Positions 1 through 10,099 of a stretch of 60,000 nt of DNA are shown one piece after another. The translations under genes were made by a program, and so were the position numbers. The first letter of the stretch is position 1, and every line of letters begins with the position of its first letter. The stretch covers positions 3,759,502-3,819,501 of the forward strand of contig MU058059.1 of the NCBI GenBank assembly GCA_013265495.1, given 5' to 3'. The notes beneath the pieces are model-generated. The model made no database searches, was not told the DNA's origin, and saw only the letters and a list, made by a program, of their open reading frames with translations. Origin of the DNA: Vicugna vicugna. Lineage: Eukaryota.

Positions 1-568
1 GTCACCATTATTATACCTAATTTGTCCAATCAGTGTGTCCCAGGGACACAGCCACCCCACGCAGATCATCCAAACTGATCTGTTGTTCAAAGGGGACCTT
101 TGGTCTTGGGAAGGTTGGGAACGCCTGCCTTCCGTATTCAGCTCACACATCGTTCCCGGAGTAGGTGATTGTCCCACTGAGCAGTCCTCTGTCCAGTTAC
201 TTTGTCCCCCAGCATTTGGGGGAAAGTCAGTGGTTGCATGAGAACAGCCTCTGCTGCAGCCTACAGGGTGGCTATGTTTGGTGAGCAGATATTCCCTGGA
301 CTCAGGGCTAAAGCCCCTGACCAGCCCCCTCATGCCTGACACTGAAGAACGGATCCAAAGTAGACAGCCGCGGCCACCGCCCCTCCTGCCCGCTACCGTC
401 CGGGCCTCCCAAGAGGCGGAAGGGCGTTGCCAGGGCCCCCGCCTTGTGCACATTTAGACCCGTTTCCTGCCCCTCCCCGCCCCCTCCGCTGGCTGGGAGT
501 CAGCTGGAATGTGGGTGGAAGGTGTGGACAGAGTTTGTACACACACCGCCGAGGCCCCTTGTTGGAGC

Positions 569-608
569 ATGGAACCTCCCGCAGGTAAATGGAACCTCCC
601 GCAGGTAA
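569..608. repeat. Perfect 20-bp tandem duplication (ATGGAACCTCCCGCAGGTAA x2)
   Basis: 569-588 is identical to 589-608. Confidence 0.95.
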
Positions 609-1578
609 ACAGTTGGCTGATTTCACACGTGAACCTGTTCCTGGGCTGCCCTGCAGCGTTTTTACAGGAAGGCAGACTGGTCTTTGCATGTGACTTTCAC
701 AGAGTCACACGTTTAGGCTCTGTGGCCACTTTCCATCCTGGGTTCACATTCACGTGGATGAGATGAAGGGACCCTCCTGCGTCATTTCCTGCTGTGGTCT
801 GTGGTGTCCGGGGGCAGGGTTCCTTGCTGGACACTTGATAAGACGTGGCTTCTCTGTTGAATCCTCGGGTCTGGGAAGCAGTATTTTGGCAGGAAGCAAA
901 ACTGTAGAACGCCTCATCAGTCATTGTGTTTTTCCAGAAGAAGATGGAAGGGCAAGGTACGGAGAGTAAGGAAAGTCTCTTAAGCACCCACCATGTGAAG
1001 AGAATGGAGGCTGAGAGAGCTGGCCTCAGCAATCCCCAGTTTGCCCCAGGAGCAACTGCTTTCTCTTTTCCCATAAAGCAGAGCACAAAGTAGCAAACTC
1101 CAGCCCTGATTCCAGAAACGTTTTTACTTCTAATCATTTCTCATGCAGCAGCCTCCTGCTGCAAACTCTGGTTTGTGCGTATTGTAGGCAGGGCTTGCTA
1201 CTTTGGTTTTTGAGAAAGCAAAACATGTCCCATGTAGCATGTGGGCACTGTCTCTGAATGTCTCCCGAAAGATATTTGATCTGTCTGCAAATAGTAGCAT
1301 CACAAGGATTTGGAGCTTACAAGGCAATGGACTCTAAAAAGTGATGGAACTGAGGTTCAGAAGAAGGAAGACCACGCTCGGAAGTATTCAGAGTCTTCAG
1401 GAAGCTTCAAAGAAAATGACTTGGAGCCATGGAAAACCGGGATGGCGGGTGATCTCTGAACACAGCCAGGAGGTTGGTGGTTACCCTCCCCAAGTGCTGG
1501 AGGAGCTGCAGCTCAGCCAGCTTCCCCTGTTCGTGACAGACTGACCTGCAAAGGTGGCCAGGATGGCGCGATGGGTGG

Positions 1579-1616
1579 TTTTTTTTGGTTTTTGTTTTTT
1601 TGTTTTTTTGTTTTTG
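1579..1616. repeat. T-rich (T4-7G)n low-complexity tract
   Basis: Directly visible runs of T punctuated by G. Confidence 0.85.
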
Positions 1617-3324
1617 TCAGTTGTTTAAACAATGGGGAAAGGCTCATTTCCTATATTCATGTGTTGTATTTATGCAGAGAGCTCAAGATTCGTCCCAGAG
1701 GCCACAAGTGAGATTGGCCCTCATGGGTAGGGAGTTTGGGTGGAGATGACTTCTGTATGTTGGTGATGTTTTCTTGGACCCTGAGCGGGCAAGTAGGCTA
1801 AAGCTCACGGGTGGGGAGAATGCACTGTCCACTCGAAGACCCTCTTAGGTGACTGTGCATCAAGTCCTCATGGGAACCAGCAGTGCCATGGAGGGGCCCT
1901 GGGGACACGCGGCTCGCTTACGTCTCCTTCCGGGAAGCAGCTGCAGGTGTAAACGCACAGTGTGGTCCTTGCTCGGTCAGGGGACAAACAGGAGGCAGTT
2001 TTGGTCCATTTAAGCAGCGTGCACTGAACAAATCCACCCTAACCTCCGAGGTCTGGAACCTTCTCCAGCCCGGGCGCTGAGCGAGGGGACTAAGGTGTCC
2101 CAAGGGGAGGAGGGCCGCATCCTCACACGTCCGGGGAAAGTCTCCATCCTAGAATGAGGTTGGAGACACGTGACCTTTCTTGACCTGTGGTGTCAGGCTC
2201 CAGCGAGCTGAAGGAACATGGTCCAGGGGGCCTCGGGCTGTAGGGGGTGCCTGCACGGCCTTTCCAGGGGAGGAAGCTGGAAGGGGGTGGTATATGGAGC
2301 TGTCACATCCAGTCTGCCTCTCTGCAGTGCTGGCCTCCGCTTTAGGAGTATCCGTCACCGAGTCCTTCTATCAAAGTGTAGCCCTGATACAAATTAGTGG
2401 GTTCCCAGCACCGGGATTTAGGCCTTCGGGGCACAGAAGGGGTGTGTGGAGAAGGGCGGTGTTCCGTGTCTGGGAAGTAAGGCCCAGGGAGCACCAGGAC
2501 AGGCTCCAGAGGTCCAGCTTCTCGAGTCTGGCTTGGCCAAGAGCCCCACAGAACGGCCCCCGCAAGGAGGGTGTCAGACCCATGGCGGTGGAAACGGGCC
2601 CGCGGGGCATGGTCTTCCTGACCTGGTTCCTCCTCCACGTCCCCACACCCTCTGCTCAGTTGGCCTTCCTGGGGAGACTCAGGATAATGAGGCTGCAAAC
2701 TACTGACTTCAAAAGAAAAAGTTCCTTTTATCTTCCCTGGTAAGATTAGGAGGCCAGGCACATTGACTTGTGTCTGAATGCTTTAAACACACTCTTGGGA
2801 AAACATAAACAGGATTTATATGAAATGCTTTAATCCCCCCACAGAGCACTGAACTCTCATGAAGGGGCACCAGCCACTCTAGAGTCGGGTGAGATGATAT
2901 TTGCTTCTGTCTGTGTCTCACCTGGAACTCGGTAGTGGCCTACCTTCCATCACGAACATTTCCTGAATGCCTCTTGGACACAGGTGCTGTGCCGGGGAAC
3001 CAGTGAGCAGAGAGGGTCTGGGGCTGTGAGGAGCTTGGGGCTCAGGCTTACAAACAAACCTCCTTTTTTAACTTAGTTCATCTGACTTTCTTCTTCCAGT
3101 GAGTCTAGCTGATTCTCACAGAGTTCTGACATCTACATGTTCCTAGAAATGTAAGTGTGAGTGGAACTTTGGCAGATGGAATCATCAGTCAGGATGAGTG
3201 CTGGGATGTGGCCGTGACCGTGAATTGTTCGGAAAAGAAATGAGCTCTTACCATATGTTTGGTAAATCAGGACTTTTTCAGCCTCACAGAATTTAACAAG
3301 AGAGGAGATTGAAGCTGCAATGGG

Positions 3325-3400
3325 CTTGTTCCATGGATGCGGAAACGGGGGCCCAGAGAGGTTAAAATATTTTTCGTTGCCACACAGCAGCTGTTGTGAT
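3325..3400 (-). mobile_element. MIR SINE core fragment
   Basis: GATGCGGAAACGGGGGCCCAGAGAGGTTAA...CACACAGC resembles the MIR core GATGAGGAAACTGAGGCCCAGAGAGGTTAAG...CACACAGC. Confidence 0.65.
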
Positions 3401-6231
3401 GTCCAGGCTGTGTTTAAAGTGGGATGTATTTGCATGTAGACCCTCAGTTGTACATTGTGATGACGCATTGGACTTTCTGCATCATCTCGAGCCAGAGTAA
3501 GGTCAGCAGTTTACAAACGTCATGATAGGAGAAAAGACACACACTTACTTTACTTTTGCAAAGGAAAGGGGAACTGAGGAAAGGGGTGTTGCCTCCAACT
3601 CACATCCTTAGAAGGGAAGGCAGGTACTCTGTTCACTTAAAGTATCTGAAATACTAGTTTTGTTTTCTTAAAATTACTCAAGTTCTTAAAATAATGTGGA
3701 GATCAATTTAAAAGTCAGGTGGGACAGAGAGGAAATGACTTAAATATCTATTTTCCTTCCCTATGAGTTAATGTCTCCATTGTCCACGTTCTGTTATGTC
3801 TTTGGAAATAGTGTCTCTGGAGGTTCATTTTCCTTTCATTTATTTATCAGCTTATTTTTGGTGGCCCCGTCCAGCCGCCTGCAGCCGCGGCCACAGGGGG
3901 AGGGGCCTGGGCCCGTCCGGAAGAGCAGAGTACTGCTTGCTTTCTGCGTCTGAGTGAGCATCTGGCAGAGCCTCCCAGCCCCGGGCTGTCTGTTTGCTTT
4001 CAGAGTGTGGCCGGTATTGTCTGATGCTGTGCTGGCTGCCTAAGAGACTCCTGCCCTCGTCAGTGGCTGATGACCCAGGCGCCCACAACAGTGCTCTCTT
4101 CTGTTGCCCGCGGGGCCTCTGAGCTGTTCCTAATGGAGCGCTGGGAGTACCTGAGTGCCACGTGGTTCCCAGGGATGGAGAGAAAGCCAGAGGGCCCCAC
4201 CTCGCAGGGTGGGGTCTCCTTGGGCTGTGTCCCCTTGATAAAATAAAAATCACAACTTGACAAGTGGTGCGTCCGGAGGAGGCTTGGAGGAGTGGGCTCT
4301 GTACTGGGGCTCTGAGCCCCTCCAAGTGGGAGGGCTTATCTGCCTTAGCCCTGGCCTTTATGTCACTTCAAATGGGACTTAGAAGCCACGCTCTAAGTGG
4401 ATTAGGCCCGAGATTAGCTAGAGTATCCTGTGTTGAAAGACCTGCGCTTCACTCTCTCCTGAGACCCCGAGGATCTGGGGAGGACCAGTATTTCCAGCAT
4501 GTTCACAGCAGCTGCCACGCAGGCGACTCCGTTGCTGAGGATGGGGAAAGGGAGGAAGAGGCCGTCCTTTGATGCTGCTTTGTCCCCCAGCTGCTCCCCC
4601 AAGACCTGTCCCATCCCTGTGCCCCAGACCCAACACCACACCTCACAACCAGCTTGAGGGCCAGAGCATTTCCTAGACAATCACCGTTGGCAAATTGCAG
4701 CACTGGGAAGGAAGGTCAGAAGGTCCTGTCCCGGAAATGTCTGGGCTCTGTTTGACGTTGGGGTCATAATGGAATGACTGCTGTCGGTCCCTCGTTTGGA
4801 CGAGCAGGGTGAAGAGGAGGGAGGGTGGCAGCCAGGCTCTCTGGGGCCCCTCAGGGCCTCCCTGTCCAAGCAAAGCCCGGAAGGGGAGGAGGGGACTCCT
4901 ACTCAGGGGCTGGGCACGTCATTGCTCCCAGCTGCTGGGGGACAGATGTCATTTACCGAGCGGGGGCTGCTGGATGGGCACCCTGAGGTAGAAGAGGCCT
5001 TTGTTAATTACCCACTGTTTCCTAATTCCTGCTGGAAGGGCAGGGAATGGACAGGCTGCGGGAATTTTCAGTGCAGTTCTGTCCTGCATCCTCATGGCGC
5101 CCCTGGAGCCCCAGGAAGGGGATCATTGTGCAATCCCCACTGGAAGGGCTTGGGAACTTCCTCAGGGTCACTGCTGACAAGTGGTCGAGCGAAGATTCAA
5201 ACCTGGAGTTTTCTGTTTACCTGGGACTGACTGCCTGCTGGGACGCCCAAGCCTCCGCTTATCAGACCAACGATGCGGACTTTCCATGTCGCAGTGGAAT
5301 CCGCACTTGGCTTAGGGGAGGGGGCTCCCTCCCCCAGGCTCGCCAGTGCACATGGTGGCCAGCTGTGGCTCCCACCCCGGGTGGAGGTGGAGCGGAGCCA
5401 AGACGCACATCAAAGACGAGCAGGGGAGTGTGCAGGGCCCCTTCCTGGCTCCGGCCCCGCCGTGTGCTTCCTGGGTTGTGTGAAATTAACCATGAACAAA
5501 GCACTGGGGGATCCCGTTATAGAGAACAGACACTGTTCTCCCAGCTTTGTCCAGTCCAGTTGCAACTGGTGGTGGGTAGGCAGGTAGTGGGTGATGGAAA
5601 AAGCCTCAGAGTGTTCATTATGGTATGTTCTTACGACTTTCACAGGGGAGTTAAGGAATCCCTGACTAAACAGCTAAAACTGCTTAAAGTAAAAAAAGCA
5701 GAGATCAAAGCAGTGTAAATTCTTAGTCATTTAACAGTGTCATGGAATGGGGTAATTGACCAATTTTTCAGAGAATTAGAATAGTATAAAATAGAGGAAC
5801 ATAATGATTCAGAAACAAAAATCTCCTGGGCGCCCACATTGTGCTTTGAGTATAAGTTGCAAAGACCCCAGAGAGGTTCTGGTTCCGCAGGGAGACTGAC
5901 CTTTGAACAACCTCAGTCCCAGACGGTTAGGACTGCAGTGCTGTAGGCACATAGAGGAGAAGGAGGAGGTGACTCTGTCTAGAGGGTGGGGAGATGTCAG
6001 AGTCTTCCCCAAGATTACAGTATTTTGGCTGAATGCTAAAGGATGCCTGGGACCTCAGTAGGCAGAGCAGAGAGAGAAAGGCACTTGGAGCTGAGAGCGA
6101 AGTGGTTATCGGTGTGAAGGCAAGAAGGGGCCTGGCTCTTGGGTCATCATTCTGAAAGTAAGCCTTCCTTGCTCTCCACTGTAGAAGAAGGAGTGGAACC
6201 CCAAGCCATTAGAAGGGAAAATACCTTTTAC

Positions 6232-6300
6232 TGCATGGTATTAGGAAGCACATGCTTTGGGGTTAAAAAGTCTGGATTAGAAACGTGGCTCTGCCATGCT
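6232..6300 (+). mobile_element. MIR 5' fragment
   Basis: AAGCACATGCTTTGGGGTTAAAAAGTCTGGATTAGAAACGTGGCTCTGCCA resembles the MIR head. Confidence 0.5.
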
Positions 6301-6304
6301 GCTC

Positions 6305-7580
6305 GTTCATTCATTCAGATACATCATCAGGCTATATGCTTGGTCCCGGACACAGAAACGAGTGGAGACAGAGAAGCTGCCTCCGAAGACAGGACAGGTG
6401 TAGAGAGCCTTCCAGCAGAGGCTTTGAGGAAGGCGCAGGGCAAGGGCCTCTCCCGAGTCGGTGTGAGGGCTGGTGGGGGAGTCCGTGCTCAGGGAGATTT
6501 TCAGAGAGTAAATGACCTGAGTTTTCAACCTGAATGGAAGTTAGGAGGCCCAGGGAGGGTGGGGCAGGCGCAGAGGAGAGCGCACTCCAGGCAGAGGTCA
6601 AGGACGGACCAGGACCAGCCTGTGAGTGGAGGGACTAGAGACGAGTCTGGGTCCTGGAGTATAAACTCAGGTGGGCAGGCAGGGTGGGCAGCTTGGGGCC
6701 GGGCGACCAGCGGGTCTGCACAGCATCCGCTCTGTTCCACGTCAGAGTCACCACAGGGCACTTTGAAAGTGGATCAGTGTTTGGTCCCACAACACAAGGT
6801 CTGGATGTGATTGGACCAGGTCCTGGCTTGCTGTCATCTGTCTGTCTTTGAAGCTGGGTGATGGACGTGCATCAGGGTGGGGAGGTGCTGCTGCAGGGTC
6901 AGGGAGCCACCCAAGAGCTTTCGATAAAGGGCCTGGCTCAGCCCACTTTGTGATGGAGAAGTCTGGAGGAACCAGCAACAGAGAAAACAGGAGAAACATT
7001 CTGGAAATGATCATCCACACCAGAGATGGCGAGGGCCTGAATCAGCGTAGCAGTTGTAGGAGTGAAGACAGACAGGAGAAGGTGTTTTTGAGAAACATTC
7101 TGGAGGTAAAATCAGCAGAAACTGATTGATACTGAAGACGTGAGGATGAGGGTTCAAGGCTGGGCACTCTGGTGGGGCTGTTGGATCAAATAGAAGACAC
7201 CCAGTTATGCTTGCATTTCAGATAAAAAAGGCATTTTTGTTTTTTTAGTATAAGTATATCCCATGCAATATTTGAAACAAACTTATAAAAATTTATGTGT
7301 GCATTTTCTAAATCTGACAGTCTTAGTTCCTGGGCTTAAGGTGGAGACATCAGCTAGACAGAGAATATAGGAGAAGGAAAAACTTTGAAGTCATGATGGT
7401 TCTGAATCCAGATCTTTGCAATAAGCAGGAGGAAATTGGATATTGAGTTGGCAGTTGGATATCTGCGTCTGAAGGTTGCATAGTCATCCAGGCTGAAATC
7501 ATCAGTATATTTTTGTAGAAGCTGAAACCGTGGAATGTGGGTGAAGTTTTTCAGGCACACTAGAGAAAGTGAGGGAGTGG
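6305..7580 (-). mobile_element. Degenerate LINE-2 fragments (interrupted by MER53)
   Basis: TTCATTCATTCA L2 tail at ~6306. Typical antisense L2 segments include AGAGATGGCGAGGGCCTGAA...GGAGGTAAAATCAGCAGAA (7022-7120) and GGCAGTTGGATAT...CCAGGCTGAAAT (7450-7500). Confidence 0.6.
7175..7323. mobile_element. MER53-like palindromic hAT MITE
   Basis: CCCAGTTATGCTTGCATTTCAGATAAA...TTTTTTAGTATAAGTATATCCCATGCAATATTTGAAACAAACTTATA...CTAAATCTGACA follows the MER53 consensus as recalled. The right arm is partly deleted. Confidence 0.75.
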
Positions 7581-7609
7581 CAGCTCGGGATGGAACCCAG
7601 GTTTTTAGG

Positions 7610-7750
7610 GGACTTTGAGAAAATCATTTAATTTCTCAGAGTGTCTGTTCCCCATCTGTAAAGTGGAGAATAATAAAACCCGGGTCAGGTCCTTGTCATC
7701 TCCACGTGTCACACTGTGTGAAAGCCCTGGGACCTTGCCTGGCCCTTAAT
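7610..7750 (+). mobile_element. MIR SINE
   Basis: AATCATTTAATTTCTCAGAGTGTCTGTTCCCCATCTGTAAAGTGGAGAATAATAA resembles the MIR core. Confidence 0.7.
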
Positions 7751-8192
7751 ATTACCAGCGTTGTCCTCATCATCACCACTGTCACTTAAGTGGGTCACAC
7801 AAACCAGTGGACAAAGACAAATCAGTGTCTGTAAAAACAAATAGGTCAAAATATTAACAAAATAATACTCTTGTGAAGAAACAAATACAATGAAAATAAC
7901 CACAAGGCCCCAAACTATGGATTATTTTATGTAGTTTGGATAGTAGGAGAATTCAGAGGGCTACATTCTCTATTACAGTAATCCCAATTTGTATTAATTA
8001 TATTCTCCAGAGGATGAAGAAAGTCTGTTCACGTCCCCCAACACACACCCCCAAGAGTGTCTTCAGCGGTTTATTTTCTTTTTCTTTACTTTTTCTGGGA
8101 AGTAAATGTTTAAAGATATAAGCAATATTCATTTTCTAGCAGGAGAAAGAATGTTGATTGTCTGAATTGGCCCACAAATATACACAGAAGGG

Positions 8193-8228
8193 GCACACGT
8201 GCGCACATACACACATGCACACACACAC
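8193..8228. repeat. Imperfect (CA)n alternating purine-pyrimidine tract
   Basis: GCACACGTGCGCACATACACACATGCACACACACAC is directly visible. Confidence 0.85.
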
Positions 8229-9571
8229 CTGATCTCTCCTCAGACTTTGTCTGGACGCGTTGGCCACACCGTGAGTCACTGTTCTGTACATACAGAAGGA
8301 AGCAAGACCACCAGGGCTTTTTAATCTTGTACCCAAGGTGGGAAACTAATGCCTTGATGAAAAGAAAAGGGAGCATAGAGTTATTTGGAGAAAACTCTAA
8401 AAACTAATTTCTCAAAGGACACCACTTAGGTCATCTTGAATACTGTCAACAGTTTTAGAGAAATGTGTAGTCACACATACATTCATATAAGCATCTACTT
8501 CATGTACGTCTTCTGTTTGTTTCCCAGTGGGTGACACAGTAGCATCCTTACCTGTGCCATTTGTCAGTGAAATTGCCAGAATTTATAAATGACCTCTCCG
8601 TGCCTTGCTCTGTGGTAGTAAATTACTACTGGGAAATAAAGAAGCACAAGACTCAGACCTGCTCTCTGAGCAACTAGATGGGGAGTGAGGGTCGGGGTGG
8701 AGGGAAGACGCTGATTTAAACAGACGGAGTTTCAGGCTCCTTCCCTACCCACGTAGAGAGACACACAGAGGAGCCAGGTCGCAGCAGCTTGTTCATCTGC
8801 TCGTTCACTCCATAGGGAGAGGTGTTGCAGACCACACAGGAGCTCTCAGACGGCGCGAACAGGGCTGACAGGCAGGTGGCACACAGTGTGATGGGGCTCT
8901 GCGTAATGTAAAGAGCAAAGTGCCAGAGAGGGGAAGACCCTTGGGTTAATTTGCCTGGGTGGGGACCAGAAGACTTACCCTGCATTTTCCAGCTGGTTGC
9001 TCATCCAGCCTTAAATTTAGAGGATTAAATGAAGAAACCAGTTGCCTGCTTTGTTATGATCCAGTACTCTTCCGGCCACCTTAGTCTCTGCCTGGCCTGG
9101 GCAGCTCCTGCACTCGCTCCACGCCGCCGTGCTGACTGGGTCCTCTGTGTCTGTCTACCTAAAGCTGGGGCAGGGGTTTCTCATACGTCTGCTGTTGGTG
9201 TGAACGGACGCCGCCACCCCAGAAAGCAGAGGTGCCCTGGACCAGGAATTCCCTCTCGCACCCTCTGCCCCAACCCACGTTTTGTATTCACTACCTGAAG
9301 GGGTCAGAATGTGTGGTGCTGGTAGTTCTGCATCTTTGCCCGGGAGAGGTAGCCCGCGTGGGAGGAGAGGACATTGGTTTCCAACAGTGGAACAAGGTGG
9401 CAGGGGCCAGGCAGTTCCGCCAGCGGTTGAGAATTCCAAGGAGACTTCCTCTCATGTCACACTGTCACAAACCATGGGTGGGCCCACTGGACGACTTCAA
9501 CACAACCGACCAATTGACCAACTGGTGGTCACTGAGCAAGCTTCATGGAGAAGTAGCGGGTGGCGGGTGGC

Positions 9572-9651
9572 GGGTGGGTAGAGCTCAGTGGTAGAGTGCA
9601 TGCTTAGTAAGCATGGAGTCCTGGGTTCAGTCCCCAGCACCTCCATTAAAA
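9572..9651 (+). mobile_element. tRNA-derived SINE, Vic-1-like (camelid)
   Basis: GGGTAGAGCTCAGTGGTAGAGTGCATGCTTAG...GTCCTGGGTTCAGTCCCCAGCACCTCCATTAAAA: A-box-like (~9579-9591) and B-box-like (GGTTCAGTCCC, 9624-9634) motifs plus a short A tail. Resembles the tRNA-Ala-derived camelid SINE as I recall it. Confidence 0.8.
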
Positions 9652-10087
9652 CAAAGAGGTGATTAGCGTGTTATAAGCCCAGGAGGCCATTCTTCTGTCT
9701 CTTCTCATCCAGGGCCCTAAGCATTCTTCGAAAGCGAACAAAAAAGTCTGTAATAAAGTAAGCAGCATTCCATAAGGGCACATTTAAAAAACAAACAAAA
9801 TCACCCCAGGTTTCCTTTCACATGTACTGGTTTGGAAAGGTACAGTACAAGATACGAGACATCTTTGGGGAGCTACAATCACGTGAGCCATCATTCCACT
9901 TAGTTTTGCAGAGAAACAAAACAGAGATAAGCCAAGGCATTTAATGTACAGTGTTTGTTGTTCATGAGTAGTTGAAATCAATGAGTGAATGTGAACTAAA
10001 GCCAACAAGGAATACATCACCAGCAGCAGACTCGTGTCGTACCCTCTAAGAGTTTCCTGAGAAATCGGTACATTTAATTCAGAATTG

Positions 10088-10099
10088 AAAATGCCTTTT
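10088..10099 (+). repeat. Left target-site duplication of the young L1 (AAAATGCCTTTT)
   Basis: Identical to 13201-13212. The reconstructed empty site TTG/AAAATGCC resembles the L1 endonuclease TT/AAAA preference. Confidence 0.92.

Noticed and set aside
9572..9651. Possible functional tRNA-Ala gene, or a Pol III promoter driving the downstream L1 ORF2
   Set aside because: The anticodon arm and B box are degenerate and an A tail follows, as in a SINE. A TTTT terminator at ~9904 precedes the L1, so Pol III read-through is unlikely.
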